Shown here: piece by piece, positions 42,260 to 53,109 of the stretch | Position numbering within the stretch: position 1 is the first letter of the stretch | How the letters are laid out: the number at the start of each line of letters is the position of its first letter | NCBI GenBank assembly: GCA_963735035.1 | Contig: CAVTJJ010000003.1 | Span: 640,001-704,000, forward strand | Direction of reading: 5' to 3' | Origin: an uncultured candidate division Zixibacteria bacterium | GTDB taxonomy: Bacteria > Zixibacteria > MSB-5A5 > GN15 > FEB-12 | Length of the DNA: 64,000 bases | Program-made: the position numbers and the translations under genes | Notes under the pieces: generated by a model | Told to the model about the DNA's origin: nothing | The model's database searches: none | The model's input: the letters and a program-made list of their open reading frames with translations, nothing else

Positions 42260-43441
42260 GTGAGTTTCTTCGTAATCGTCATTGCGGTCCTGACTTTGAT
42301 GTACGGCTACGTCGGCTGGCGTTTGATCGTGCCGGCCGCCTTCAGCCTGCCCGTGAATATCCTTCTTTGGATAACACTCGGCGTTTTGCTCATACTCCCC
42401 TTTCTCCCGGTTGCCACCCGACTGCACAGCTCCAACAGTGGCTGGGCGAATCTGATCGCCTGGGTGGCCTACCTGACGTTCGGCTTCATTACCGTGCTCT
42501 TCGCCTTCTTGGTCGTTCGGGACATTCTCCTGCTTCTGGTGTTTCTCGCCCAAAGAACAGTTCATCTATTTGGTTCCGGCGAAGTCGGCGAGAATATTGT
42601 CGACCCCGAGCGCCGTCGCCTGCTTATCAACACGACCAACCTCGGATTACTAGGTATAACGGGCGCCCTGACCAGTTATGGACTTTACGAGGCCACACGT
42701 ACTCCGAGGATCGTACGCGTCGACGTGCCCATCCCCAATCTGCCACCGAGTCTGCAGAACTATACCATAGCTCAGATTACCGATGTGCATGTCAGCCACA
42801 CAATCAGGAGAAAGTTCGTTCAGGCGGTCGTTGACGAAGTGAACATCGCCAAACCGGACTTGATTGCGGTGACGGGTGATCTGGTTGACGGTTCAGTCGA
42901 AATGCTGCGAGATGACGTTGCCCCTCTGGGTGACCTCGTTGCGCCCGACGGTCTCTTCTTCATCACCGGCAATCATGAATACTACTCGGGAGTACAGTCC
43001 TGGATAGACGAGACCCGCCGCCTCGGGTTCACGGTCCTGTTGAATGAACATCGGATGATCGATCGCAGCGGCGCCCGACTCTTGCTTGGCGGCGTCACCG
43101 ATTACTCCGGCGGACAATTTCGAGCCGATCACATATCCGACCCGCATCGAGCCGTCGCCGGCGCCCCTGACAGTCACGTGACAATCCTCTTGGCCCATCA
43201 GCCGGTGAGTATCTACGAGGCCGAAAAAGCCGGATTCGACTATGTCATTTCTGGACATACTCACGGCGGTCAATATTTCCCCTATCATTACCTGGTAGGA
43301 CTTTTTCAACCTTACCTGGCGGGAATGCATCAGCATGGCAAGACACGCATTTATGTCAGCCGAGGTACCGGCTACTGGGGCCCGGAGATACGCATCGGCG
43401 CTCCCTCCGAGATCACGCTGCATCGCTTGATACGGGTCTAG
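42260..43441 (+). CDS. Membrane-anchored metallophosphoesterase (YkuE/YaeI-like)
   Basis: DVH, TGDLVDG, GNHE, LAHQP and SGHTHGGQ motifs; three N-terminal TM helices. Confidence 0.92.
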   Translation: MSFFVIVIAVLTLMYGYVGWRLIVPAAFSLPVNILLWITLGVLLILPFLPVATRLHSSNSGWANLIAWVAYLTFGFITVLFAFLVVRDILLLLVFLAQRTVHLFGSGEVGENIVDPERRRLLINTTNLGLLGITGALTSYGLYEATRTPRIVRVDVPIPNLPPSLQNYTIAQITDVHVSHTIRRKFVQAVVDEVNIAKPDLIAVTGDLVDGSVEMLRDDVAPLGDLVAPDGLFFITGNHEYYSGVQSWIDETRRLGFTVLLNEHRMIDRSGARLLLGGVTDYSGGQFRADHISDPHRAVAGAPDSHVTILLAHQPVSIYEAEKAGFDYVISGHTHGGQYFPYHYLVGLFQPYLAGMHQHGKTRIYVSRGTGYWGPEIRIGAPSEITLHRLIRV

Positions 43442-43481
43442 CTTGAGCGTTGGTGCCCCAGGGCTTGCCCTGGGATTATCC

Positions 43482-43760
43482 TTACTTTGCTTCCTCGTCT
43501 GTCATCCGCTCGAGGCGCCAGGTGTTCACCGGGTCGGCTTCGGGACAGCAGAACACCATCTCGTACGAATCGTCCAACCGGGTGGACTCGGCCCCAGACC
43601 GAAGCACCTCAATATGTGGCAAGAGCCGCCTCAGCGCCGCCGAACACATCTCTTCCGGAATCATTCGTCCCACCACGAATTGGTCGCCGACCTGGTGCCT
43701 CGAAGGACATCGTTTCTGCTGAGCGATCAGTGTGATTCGTACGTCGTATTGTACGCCCAT
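43482..43760 (-). CDS. Small Cys-containing protein (TIGR04076-like)
   Basis: C...H.VGD.F, MC..A and CCPE..P pattern. Confidence 0.7.
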   Translation of the reverse strand: MGVQYDVRITLIAQQKRCPSRHQVGDQFVVGRMIPEEMCSAALRRLLPHIEVLRSGAESTRLDDSYEMVFCCPEADPVNTWRLERMTDEEAK

Positions 43761-43842
43761 TCTAGCCTCAAGATATCATAGCCCACCGTCTACCGGCGGG
43801 CAGGCCGGGTGGCCCATCCGCCTCGCACTACATTCCCGGACT

Positions 43843-44190
43843 TCACCCAAACACCTGTCGCGCCAGAAAATACGGTATAATGATGTATAGCACTGTATCT
43901 CTTATGAAATAGTAAATCACTACCGCCGCGACTAGTTTCCAGCCATGTCGTTTCAAAATGAAACCCACCCGAGCTGTAAAGCGAGCGAAACGCGATCTCC
44001 GGTCCTGGCCGGGAAGGGGGACTCGCATATCGGCCTTGAAGTCGGCAAGGCTGTCCCTCAAACGACGAAAGACGCCTTTTCTGGCCGGGTGGCCCACCGG
44101 CTTGCGGGTAGGGGTTGCATCGCAAGTGGCGGAGTCGGGCTGCTGAAGCTCGTAATCGGTAAGAGCCGGTTCATTCGGCGAAAACTTCAT
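43843..44190 (-). CDS. Small membrane protein (start uncertain, 44190 or 44028)
   Basis: C-terminal GWKLVAAVVIYYFIRDTVLYIIIPY segment; the 5' part contains a REP-like unit at 44085-44119. Confidence 0.5.
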   Translation of the reverse strand: MKFSPNEPALTDYELQQPDSATCDATPTRKPVGHPARKGVFRRLRDSLADFKADMRVPLPGQDRRSRFARFTARVGFILKRHGWKLVAAVVIYYFIRDTVLYIIIPYFLARQVFG

Positions 44191-44476
44191 ACTTCTCCAC
44201 TTTTGAATTCAGATCGACCCGTCCGTCGGCTCCCTTGAACTCGCCGACCCGCTTATGACCTTCCCGGTACTCGTCGCTGCCGACCCAGCCCTCGAAAGCA
44301 CTCTCCGACTCCCAATGCGTCATGATAATGTATTCGTCCCCTTCTTTGGGACGTAGAACTTCTGCCTTGAGAAAGCCGGGTCGACGGTCCACCGCCCTGG
44401 CCCGAGTTGAAAACATCTGTTCGAACCGCTCTCGCTGTTCCGCGGGTACTTTCATTCTATTCATCATTACAAACAT
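44171..44476 (-). CDS. Antibiotic biosynthesis monooxygenase family protein (IsdG/HmoA-like)
   Basis: MFVMMNR...FEQMF..R...PGF...LRP...W.S...F..W..S..Y...H pattern; AGGAG SD. Confidence 0.8.
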   Translation of the reverse strand: MFVMMNRMKVPAEQRERFEQMFSTRARAVDRRPGFLKAEVLRPKEGDEYIIMTHWESESAFEGWVGSDEYREGHKRVGEFKGADGRVDLNSKVEKYEVFAE

Positions 44477-44615
44477 TCGGACACTCCTATGATTTGGTTT
44501 GAGGAGCATAACAAACTCGCCGCGTTCTGGTTCACTCAAAGATCATGAGAATCACCATTCCCGTCTTTACCGGATCATTGATACAAAACGCGGAGGCAGA
44601 GCCGCCCGACAACTC

Positions 44616-44642
44616 TAAAGCGGACTACAAAGGTGCCGATAA
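44616..44642 (+). promoter_or_regulatory. sigma28 (FliA/SigD) promoter
   Basis: TAAA-N15-GCCGATAA exact consensus, 48 bp upstream of the MCP start. Confidence 0.85.
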
Positions 44643-44690
44643 GGTCCATAAGCACGGAATCTGAATCCTAAGCCCCCGGAGACGGAGTCT

Positions 44691-46406
44691 ATGAAGAGTT
44701 TTTCGGTAAAAGCCAAAATAATAATGCTGGTTTGCATCTGCGTGGTCGGTGTTTTCGGCCTCGTTGCCATATTCAACGGCCGCCAGCAGACCAACACTTT
44801 GGAGGGTCTTTATACCTCCAGTTCTCACGAGCTGAGTTGGGCCCTTTCGAAACAACTCGAAGAGTGCATGATCTACGGCGACAATGAGAAACTCCAACCG
44901 ATGACGGAAGAAATTGTATCCACGGGGTTACTGCTGGAAGCTACAGTCATCAACGCTGAAAAGGTGGTCAGAAGGTCTTCGGACAAATCTCTTCTGAACA
45001 AACCGTCCGATGCGGTATGGTCGTCCCTCTTCGCCTCCAAGCGTGACACTCTGTTCGACACTTCCGAAAAAGGGAAACCGGTACAGGTGGCCTACCATCT
45101 GCTAACCAACCAGACTGCCTGTGCGAGTTGTCACGATGGCGCTGCCGGGTCGGTTCTGGGCGGTCTCAAGATGGTGCGCTCAACCGAAGTCCTTGCCGAG
45201 GCCACGCGCGCCAATTTGTTCCTGATTCTGATGTGCTCGATCGCCGGGGTCCTTGTTCTCGTCGTGGCTATCATGTTGGCCCTGAACAAACTCGTCTTCC
45301 GGCCTATTCAAATAGTCAAGGCTCGACTATATATGGCCGCCCAGGGAGAAATCGGTCAGGATCTGTCAGCCCGCTCGAACGATGAGATTGGTCAACTTCT
45401 GATGGCTATCCAGAGCCTGATGGAATACATCCGCGGCCTTTGCAACGTCGCCAGCCGGGCCGCCAGCGGCGATCTATCCGCCGAGGTTGTACCCCGCTCC
45501 GAACGTGACGTTCTCGGCACCGCTTTTCACACGATGATTCAGTATCTTCGAAACATGATTCACGAGTTGAGCGACCATTCCCGTCAATTGGCCAGCGCCG
45601 CCACGGAGATCGCTTCTGCCTCTGACGAAATGTCTCGCGGAACAAAAGAGCAGTCGCAGCAGATTACTCAGATTTCCAGCGCCGTTGAGGGCATGGTCAA
45701 CACCATAGTCGAATCTACCAAGAACGCCGGCGACGCCCGCGACCTGGCCCAGAACGCCGCCGGTACCGCCGCTTCCGGCGGACGGATTGTCGGCGACACA
45801 ATTCAGGGTATGCAGCGAATCGCCGACGTTGTCCGCGAATCAGCCGTGCTGGTCGGCCGTCTCTCGCAAGCCGCGGAACAGATCGGCGAAATCGTCCAGG
45901 TCATCGATGACATCGCCGACCAAACCAACATGCTCGCCCTCAACGCCGCTATCGAGGCCGCCCGCGCCGGTGAACAGGGACGCGGCTTTGCCGTGGTAGC
46001 CGACGAAGTACGGAAATTGGCGGAGAGAACCGGCAAGGCGACCGGTGAAGTCAACCAGATGATCCGGGACATTCAAACGCGCACTTCCGAAGCCGTTGAA
46101 AGCATGGAAACAGGCATAAGTGAAGTAGGTCAGGGACGCGAACTGGCCGACCGCGCCGGCGGCAGCTTGGACGAAATCTGCACGCTCGCCCAGCAAGTCG
46201 AGACGGTCATCTCTCAGATAGCCGGAACATCCGAACAGCAGAGCGAAGTGGCTCAACAAATAGCCGCCAATGTCGAACAGATTGCGTCAGTCACCAAGGA
46301 GACGGCTTCCGGTGCTGAACAATCAGCCGCCGCTGCGGAGCAGCTCTCCCGTCAGGCCGAGGGTTTGAGACAGATTGTAGGCCGATTCAAAATCGAAGCC
46401 CAGTGA
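44691..46406 (+). CDS. Methyl-accepting chemotaxis protein with a periplasmic c-type heme site
   Basis: TM - sensor domain with CASCH - TM - HAMP - [38 protein letters not shown]. Confidence 0.95.
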   Translation: MKSFSVKAKIIMLVCICVVGVFGLVAIFNGRQQTNTLEGLYTSSSHELSWALSKQLEECMIYGDNEKLQPMTEEIVSTGLLLEATVINAEKVVRRSSDKSLLNKPSDAVWSSLFASKRDTLFDTSEKGKPVQVAYHLLTNQTACASCHDGAAGSVLGGLKMVRSTEVLAEATRANLFLILMCSIAGVLVLVVAIMLALNKLVFRPIQIVKARLYMAAQGEIGQDLSARSNDEIGQLLMAIQSLMEYIRGLCNVASRAASGDLSAEVVPRSERDVLGTAFHTMIQYLRNMIHELSDHSRQLASAATEIASASDEMSRGTKEQSQQITQISSAVEGMVNTIVESTKNAGDARDLAQNAAGTAASGGRIVGDTIQGMQRIADVVRESAVLVGRLSQAAEQIGEIVQVIDDIADQTNMLALNAAIEAARAGEQGRGFAVVADEVRKLAERTGKATGEVNQMIRDIQTRTSEAVESMETGISEVGQGRELADRAGGSLDEICTLAQQVETVISQIAGTSEQQSEVAQQIAANVEQIASVTKETASGAEQSAAAAEQLSRQAEGLRQIVGRFKIEAQ

Positions 46407-46420
46407 GTCGCGTAGATATT

Positions 46421-46469
46421 GCGGCAGGTCGTATACCCCTTTGGAAGGGACGTGTGACCTGCCGCTTTT
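46421..46469 (+). terminator. Terminator between the convergent MCP and RND genes
   Basis: GCGGCAGGTC...GACCTGCCGC followed by TTTT. Confidence 0.65.
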
Positions 46470-46496
46470 CATTTGCTTAGCAATATTCCCCGAGTC

Positions 46497-49400
46497 TCAA
46501 TTCTGCACTATCGATTCCACTGACCGATTCATATTCACTCTATAATATAGAATCGGCACCGCCACCCGGCTGATCAGAAGCGAAGCCACTTCACCGGCCA
46601 TCAACGCAATCGCCAGACCCTGAAAGATCGGATCGAACAAGATCACAGTTGCACCCACAATCACAGCGCCCGCCGTCAACAGCATCGGCCGGAACCTCAC
46701 CGCACCGGCATCGATAACAGCGTCCGCCAACGGCATTCCTTCGCGCAGACGTAGTTCGATGAAATCAACCAATATGATCGAGTTGCGGATAACAATCCCG
46801 GCGCCGGCCATGAAACCTATCATAGACGTTGCCGTGAAGAACGCCCCGAAAGCCCCATGGGCCGGCATGATACCGATCAACGAGAACGGAATTGCGGCCA
46901 TGACTACGATCGGCGTCACCATCGAGCGGAACCAGCCCACCATCAGAATGTAGATTAGAATCAGCACGGCCATGAAAGCCACACCCAGATCGCGGAAGAC
47001 TTCGAGCGTAATGTGCCACTCGCCGTCCCACTTGAGCGACGGTTCGAGCGTGGTTGTCGGGAGCGAAGCATTTAGGATGTTCAGTTTAGCATCGCTGCCA
47101 CCGAAATCCCGCATGTCGAGCTGTTTGAGCTTCTCGTTCATACTCTGGATGGCATACACCGGACTCTCGATTTCACCCGCGACATCGCCAATGACATACG
47201 TTACCGGCATCAGGTTCTTGCGGTAGATCGTCTTGTCGGCCACCCGCTCTTCGACCCGCACCAGTTCCGAGAGCGGCACCAGCGGCGGGGCGTATTCCTT
47301 GCCGGCCGACCGGGCATCGGCCGCGCGAACTTGCAGGCCGAGGAGATCATTGGATGACGTCTTTAGCGAACGCGGGAGCTCCAGCACCAGAGCAACATCC
47401 TCGCGTTCATTCGAGCGATGGGCGATGTCGACCTGAATGCCCGTTACAGCCAGACGTAGTGTCTGTGCGATCGTCTCAGCGCTGATACCATGCAGCGCCG
47501 CCTTTTCATGATCGATTACAAACGTAAATTCCCGTTGATCCGCTTCGAGATAAGTATCCACGTCGACCACACCCGGGGTCGATTTGAAGATCTCGCGTAT
47601 TTTCGACGCCAGAGCCGTGCGCGATTCGGTCGTGGGGCCATAGACTTCGGCGACAAGAGTCTGCAGTACCGGCGGGCCGGGGGGTACTTCGGCCACCGCC
47701 ACACGAGCCCCGAACCGTTTGGCCACTTCCTGCACTTCAGGCCGCACCCGCTTCGCAATATCGTGGCTCTGCGCCGAGCGTTCCCCCTTGGATAGCAGGT
47801 TCACCTGGATGTCGGCGACATTCGCCCCCCGCCGCATGAAATAGTGCCGCACCAGGCCGTTGAAATTGTACGGCGCCGACGTACCGGCGTAAATCTGATA
47901 ATCGGTGACTTCCGGTTCTCTGGCAATCGATCCGGATATCTCACGCGCCGCCTCGACCGTCTGCTCGAGCGACGACCCCTCGGGCATATTTATGATCACT
48001 TGAAATTCGTTCTTGTTGTCGAACGGCAACATCTTCACCTGCACCCAGCCGATCCACACGAGACCGAGCGCCACCGCCAGTGCTGCCGTAATTGAGATCA
48101 AGAACGTTCGCCGCTTTCTGGCGTCTCGAATGAGGCCGTTCATCAGACGACGATAGAGGCGGGTTGAGTATCCTTCTTTCGTCTCGCCATGTGCGGCCAG
48201 GTTTGACCCACCTTTCCAAGCGAGCACGCGTACCGCCGCCCACGGGGTTACCATGAAGGCTACTACGAGCGAGAAGAGCATCGCCGCGGTGGCTCCAATC
48301 GGAATCGGCCGCATGTACGGCCCCATCAGGCCGCCTACGAATGCCATCGGAAGAACCGCCGCTATCACTGCCCAGGTGGCAAGAATAGTCGGGTTGCCCA
48401 CTTCAGAAACCGCCTCAATCGCCACCTCGCTCCAGGGCCGTCCACTATTGCGCGCAAGATGCAGATGGCGAGTGATGTTCTCGATCACGACGATGGCGTC
48501 ATCCACGAGGATGCCGATTGAAAAGATCAGCGCAAAGAGGGTGATCCGATTGAGCGTGAAACCGGTCAGATAGAACACCAACAGAGTCAGAGCCAGGGTG
48601 GACGGAATAGCCAGCGCCACAATTATCGATTCCCGCCAGCCGAGACTGATCATGATCAGCAGCGACACGCTAACCACCGCAAGCAACATGTGCAGTAGCA
48701 GTTCATTCGACTTCTCAGCGGCCGTCTCCCCATAATTGCGAGTGATAGTAATATCGACATCTGACGGAATCAGTTTCCCTCTGAGTTTGGTCACACGGTC
48801 GATAACTTCGTCGGCCACATCGATAGCATTCGTGCCCGGACGCTTGGCGATAGAGAGCGTCACGGCTGCTTCGTCTTCATGCTTCTTTCCCGATGCTGCC
48901 CCAGAGCCATAAACCACCACCTGATTCAACTCTTCAGGGCCATCAACTACCTTGGCAACGTCGCGGAGATATACGGGAGCGCCGTCGTAGACTCCGAGCA
49001 CGACCCGCTCGACATCGCTAACGTCGCGCAGGAATCCCCCGGTCTCGACAATTATCTCCTGATTGTTGCGGATCAGGTTACCAGCCTTCGACTGTCGATT
49101 CGCCTGTTGCAGGATTGGAATAAGCGTGACCGGATCAAGATGCCGCGCAGATAGTGCCACCGGATCGAGCTGAATGCGATACTGCCGCCGGAGCCCCCCG
49201 ATCATGTTCGTTTCAGAGACGTCCTTGACCTGCTTGATGTGCTCTTCGACTTCAGCCACCACGCGTCTTAGAAAGTAGTGATCCTCCGTCTTACTGTGGA
49301 AAGTCAGCGCGAGGATCGGAACGTCGTCGATGGAACGCGATTTCAATAGCGGAAACGACACCTGCGGTGGAATGCGATCGAAATTGGATTGCAGTTTCTG

Positions 49401-49766
49401 GTTGAGTTTGACAAGGCTGCGCTCGACATCCTCACCTACCTTGAAACGAACTATGACCAGAGCTTCTTCCGGTCGTGAGATAGAATAGACATACTCCACG
49501 CCGGGAACTTCCCACACCAGCTTCTCCATCGGAGCCGCCACCCGATGTTCCACTTCCTCGGCATTGAAACCGGGCACGGACACCATCACGTCCACCATCG
49601 GGACCTTGATCTGCGGCTCTTCTTCCCGAGGCAGAAGCGTCACAGCCAAAGCGCCAAGCAGCACCGAAGCCATAATGAATAGCGGAGTGAGCTTCGAATT
49701 GACAAATGATCTTGCCAGCAATCCGGCCAGACCTTGCGATTTCGGGTCGGTATCGGAATTCATCAT
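46497..49766 (-). CDS. RND efflux permease subunit (AcrB/CusA superfamily)
   Basis: [33 protein letters not shown] and RFRPMLLT motifs. Confidence 0.93.
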   Translation of the reverse strand: MMNSDTDPKSQGLAGLLARSFVNSKLTPLFIMASVLLGALAVTLLPREEEPQIKVPMVDVMVSVPGFNAEEVEHRVAAPMEKLVWEVPGVEYVYSISRPEEALVIVRFKVGEDVERSLVKLNQKLQSNFDRIPPQVSFPLLKSRSIDDVPILALTFHSKTEDHYFLRRVVAEVEEHIKQVKDVSETNMIGGLRRQYRIQLDPVALSARHLDPVTLIPILQQANRQSKAGNLIRNNQEIIVETGGFLRDVSDVERVVLGVYDGAPVYLRDVAKVVDGPEELNQVVVYGSGAASGKKHEDEAAVTLSIAKRPGTNAIDVADEVIDRVTKLRGKLIPSDVDITITRNYGETAAEKSNELLLHMLLAVVSVSLLIMISLGWRESIIVALAIPSTLALTLLVFYLTGFTLNRITLFALIFSIGILVDDAIVVIENITRHLHLARNSGRPWSEVAIEAVSEVGNPTILATWAVIAAVLPMAFVGGLMGPYMRPIPIGATAAMLFSLVVAFMVTPWAAVRVLAWKGGSNLAAHGETKEGYSTRLYRRLMNGLIRDARKRRTFLISITAALAVALGLVWIGWVQVKMLPFDNKNEFQVIINMPEGSSLEQTVEAAREISGSIAREPEVTDYQIYAGTSAPYNFNGLVRHYFMRRGANVADIQVNLLSKGERSAQSHDIAKRVRPEVQEVAKRFGARVAVAEVPPGPPVLQTLVAEVYGPTTESRTALASKIREIFKSTPGVVDVDTYLEADQREFTFVIDHEKAALHGISAETIAQTLRLAVTGIQVDIAHRSNEREDVALVLELPRSLKTSSNDLLGLQVRAADARSAGKEYAPPLVPLSELVRVEERVADKTIYRKNLMPVTYVIGDVAGEIESPVYAIQSMNEKLKQLDMRDFGGSDAKLNILNASLPTTTLEPSLKWDGEWHITLEVFRDLGVAFMAVLILIYILMVGWFRSMVTPIVVMAAIPFSLIGIMPAHGAFGAFFTATSMIGFMAGAGIVIRNSIILVDFIELRLREGMPLADAVIDAGAVRFRPMLLTAGAVIVGATVILFDPIFQGLAIALMAGEVASLLISRVAVPILYYRVNMNRSVESIVQN

Positions 49767-50788
49767 AGCGCCACCCTGACCGAATCACCGTCCGAGAGAT
49801 CGCGCTGTCCTTCAACAACGACACGTTCGTTCTCCCTAAGCCCGGCGAGGATTTCCAGCCGGTCCGGAAACTGCCGCCCGATTCTGACCAGTCGCAACGC
49901 CGCCCTCTGGTTGTCGCCAACGACATATACCAAGTCCAACTGACCGCGCTGGACAAGAGCGTTACGCGGAATGAAAATCGTCTGATCTCCCGCGGCCACG
50001 AGTTGCAGCCTACCGAACTGCCCCGGTCGGATTGCAGCCATAGCCGGGATGGCGACCTTGGCGGTAAACGTCCGGCTGACCGGATCAGCGCTGGGGGAAA
50101 GTTCGATCACCTGCCCCTTGACGACGGTGTCAATTGAAGTCAGGGCCACGATGGCGCTGTCGCCGACCGAGACCTGACCCATCTTTGACTCTGGAAGCGC
50201 CGCCTCGAATCTCAGATGTCCCGACTCTTCCAATGTAAATAAGGGACGACCCGGCACTGCCAGATCACCGACATCAATCAATTTCTCGGTCACGCTGCCG
50301 TCAAACGGAGCCTCGATCCGGGCGTAGCTCAGATATGTCCGGGCTTCGCTCAGTGACGCCTCAGCCACCGCTTTGCGCGCCTTGACCGCATCGAACTCCT
50401 GTTGCGTAGCAGCCCGCTCCGCCAATAACGCTTCAAACCGGGTCAGATCGCTGGCCGTCTGCTGATAGACAGCCTCAGCTTGCTCTACTCTGGCCTGGTA
50501 CTCGCGGACATCCAACTCGGCCAGCAGATCACCGGCTTTCACGACACTGCCGAGCGTGACAGGGATTCGTTCGACCCGCGCCTGAATCTTGGATTCGATA
50601 CCAGCTCGATTGCGCGCGACTACCGTCCCCATGAATTCTTCGCGTGACGATTCGGCCACTCTCTGAGCGGTCGCCACCGTAACTTCCTTGGGAGTCTCCC
50701 CGGATCGGTCGGCTTGATGTGCGCGATCACCACACGAGGTCAGGACAAGCGAGCTCAGTGCAGACAACATGAACGATTTTTGCAACAT
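49763..50788 (-). CDS. RND periplasmic adaptor (MFP), lipoprotein
   Basis: Lipobox LTSC; G..VKAGDLL, I.APFDG.V and RPGQFG motifs. Confidence 0.92.
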   Translation of the reverse strand: MLQKSFMLSALSSLVLTSCGDRAHQADRSGETPKEVTVATAQRVAESSREEFMGTVVARNRAGIESKIQARVERIPVTLGSVVKAGDLLAELDVREYQARVEQAEAVYQQTASDLTRFEALLAERAATQQEFDAVKARKAVAEASLSEARTYLSYARIEAPFDGSVTEKLIDVGDLAVPGRPLFTLEESGHLRFEAALPESKMGQVSVGDSAIVALTSIDTVVKGQVIELSPSADPVSRTFTAKVAIPAMAAIRPGQFGRLQLVAAGDQTIFIPRNALVQRGQLDLVYVVGDNQRAALRLVRIGRQFPDRLEILAGLRENERVVVEGQRDLSDGDSVRVAL

Positions 50789-50857
50789 CTGTATCTCTCC
50801 AATTATTGGCGGCAAGGTGCCTCTGCCCGGCTCGTTACCGGACAGGGCGACTTCTAA

Positions 50858-51052
50858 TTAGACGCTTTCTTTATGGCACATCCGCTTGATGAATATTTCG
50901 GCCGGGCAGAAACCGGTAAAGGCGGATTGGAACAGATTGAGCCCCACGAACGCGGTTAGAAACAGCCAATAATGATTTACCCACACTGCCAGGGCCAGAC
51001 TGATCAGGATGATTGTGCCGGCGATGGCGCGGACCTTGTGTTCAACGGTCAT
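50858..51052 (-). CDS. DUF2892 (YgaP-like) small membrane protein
   Basis: R.IAG...L....FVGLNLFQSAFTGFCP pattern; AAGGAG SD. Confidence 0.9.
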   Translation of the reverse strand: MTVEHKVRAIAGTIILISLALAVWVNHYWLFLTAFVGLNLFQSAFTGFCPAEIFIKRMCHKESV

Positions 51053-51111
51053 ATCGTATCGCTCCTTGTATAAGTGTCGCTCGTCAAAACGTCTCGGACG
51101 TCAATTTGTTC

Positions 51112-51143
51112 TTGACAACCACATAAATATATTGTTATATATT
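51112..51143. promoter_or_regulatory. Promoter with an overlapping 7-4-7 palindrome (putative ArsR operator)
   Basis: TTGACA at 51112-51117; AATATAT-tgtt-ATATATT at 51126-51143. Confidence 0.65.
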
Positions 51144-51147
51144 AACT

Positions 51148-51492
51148 ATGACAAGAGAAAAAACAAGCGATTTTTCCGAAATAACCGCGCCGATGCTCGA
51201 TCTGGTCGCCGGCTGCTTCCATGCCCTCAGCGACCCTACCCGACTTAACCTGTTGCGGGAGTTGAAGAACGGCCCTAAGACAGTCCAGGAGCTGGTCGCC
51301 CGGTTCGACTGGACTCAGCCCAACATTTCGCGCCACCTTTCGATCCTGGCCGCCGCCGGTCTCGTGAAGAAGTCCAAAACTGGGGCGCATGTCGTCTACC
51401 GCATCGCCAACCCGAGGGTTTTCCGCCTTTGTGACATGATCTGTACCCATGTCCGCTCTACCATCGCGGACTATTCCTCGCCCGGCCATTGA
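51148..51492 (+). CDS. ArsR/SmtB family transcriptional regulator
   Basis: FHALSDPTRL.LL, TQPNISRHL..L...GLV and a C-terminal CxxxC. Confidence 0.92.
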   Translation: MTREKTSDFSEITAPMLDLVAGCFHALSDPTRLNLLRELKNGPKTVQELVARFDWTQPNISRHLSILAAAGLVKKSKTGAHVVYRIANPRVFRLCDMICTHVRSTIADYSSPGH

Positions 51493-51597
51493 GCCGCTTC
51501 ATCGCCTCCAAACATAAACCTTGATTCGCCGGTGTGGATGATTTATGCCTGTCTCAGCATTACGGTAGAATGACAACTCCCCAAGGAGAACAGGCTC

Positions 51598-53088
51598 ATG
51601 ACCCCACCCTCGACTGCGCCCCATGCGACCGGCGGCGAGTTTCAGCGAAAGCTCCGGCTGCTCGATACCAGCATGCTCGTGATCGGATCCATGATCGGCT
51701 CCGGCATCTTTATCGTCAGCGCCGATATCGCCCGCACTGTCGGCTCCCCCGGATACCTTCTCCTGGTCTGGCTCATCGCCGGCATCATGACTGTCATCTG
51801 CGCTCTCAGCTACGGTGAGTTGGCGGGAATGATGCCACACGCCGGAGGGCAATACGTCTATCTGCGCGAGGCCTATAATCCCCTCATCGGATTTCTCTAC
51901 GGATGGACTTTATTCCTGGTAATACAAACCGGCACTATAGCCGCGGTCGCGGTCGCTTTCGCCAAGTTCACGGCGGTGTTGTTTCCGTCAGTCGCCGACA
52001 CCAACGTACTGATGACTCTTGCGGGGATAAAAATCACTGCCGCCCGTCTCCTCGCGGTGGGTACGGTTTTCCTGCTCACCTACTTCAGCACCCGCGGCAT
52101 CCAGGGCGGCAAGATTCTTCAGGACATTTTCACGAGCGCCAAGACACTGGCCCTGATCGGTCTGATTCTCCTCGGTTTCGTGATTTCGCGGAGCGCGGCT
52201 ACCTGGAATACCAACTTCGCCGACTTCTGGAACCCCACCTGGACGCATTTCGTCGACGGCAAAGTTGTGAGTGTCGAACCCTTGTCCGGCCTCACACTTC
52301 TCGCGGCTATATGTGTCGCAATGGTCGGATCGTTGTTTGCCGCCGATGCCTGGAATAACGTCACCTTCACGGCCGGTGAGGTTGTCAAACCGACACGCAA
52401 CATTCCGCTCGGCCTGGTTATCGGCGCCGGATCGGTCATCCTGCTCTACCTGGCCGCCAATGTCTCGTACCTGATGGTTCTTCCGCTGCGTGGCACACCC
52501 GACGCGGCTGATGTGTTAGGGCGGGGCATTCAGTTCGCCTCCTTCGATCGGGTCGGCACCGCCGCTACCACTGTGATGTTCGGTGATATCGCTACGACCA
52601 TAATGGCCGTGCTCATCATGGTCTCGACGTTTGGCTGCAATAACGGTCTCATTCTGGCCGGAGCGCGAGTCACCTACGCAATGGCACGTGACAACCTCTT
52701 CTTCGCACCGGTCGGCCGCCTCAACAAGTCCGGTGTCCCGGCCGTGGCTCTTTGGGTGCAGGCGCTCTGGACATCCATCCTGTGCCTGAGCGGTACTTAC
52801 GGTGATCTGCTTGACTACGTCGTGTTCGCCGTCCTCGTATTCTATATCCTGACCATGATTGGAATCTTCATCCTGCGACGCACCCGACCCGACGCCGAGC
52901 GACCCTACCGCGCCTTCGGCTATCCAGTGCTGCCTGCTCTGTACATTGCCGCCGCGGCCATAATATGTTCGGTGCTACTCATTTACAAGCCGACCTACAC
53001 CTGGCCGGGGGTATTCATCGTACTCCTCGGCATCCCGGTGTATTTTGTTTGGAAACGGTTCGCAGGATCGGCCGCGCGAACAGAATAG
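51598..53088 (+). CDS. APC-family amino acid permease
   Basis: GSMIGSGIF, YGELA.M.P.AGGQYVYL and RPYRAFGYP motifs. Confidence 0.93.
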   Translation: MTPPSTAPHATGGEFQRKLRLLDTSMLVIGSMIGSGIFIVSADIARTVGSPGYLLLVWLIAGIMTVICALSYGELAGMMPHAGGQYVYLREAYNPLIGFLYGWTLFLVIQTGTIAAVAVAFAKFTAVLFPSVADTNVLMTLAGIKITAARLLAVGTVFLLTYFSTRGIQGGKILQDIFTSAKTLALIGLILLGFVISRSAATWNTNFADFWNPTWTHFVDGKVVSVEPLSGLTLLAAICVAMVGSLFAADAWNNVTFTAGEVVKPTRNIPLGLVIGAGSVILLYLAANVSYLMVLPLRGTPDAADVLGRGIQFASFDRVGTAATTVMFGDIATTIMAVLIMVSTFGCNNGLILAGARVTYAMARDNLFFAPVGRLNKSGVPAVALWVQALWTSILCLSGTYGDLLDYVVFAVLVFYILTMIGIFILRRTRPDAERPYRAFGYPVLPALYIAAAAIICSVLLIYKPTYTWPGVFIVLLGIPVYFVWKRFAGSAARTE

Positions 53089-53109
53089 CTGTCTGAAGTA
53101 TCGGCCCTG

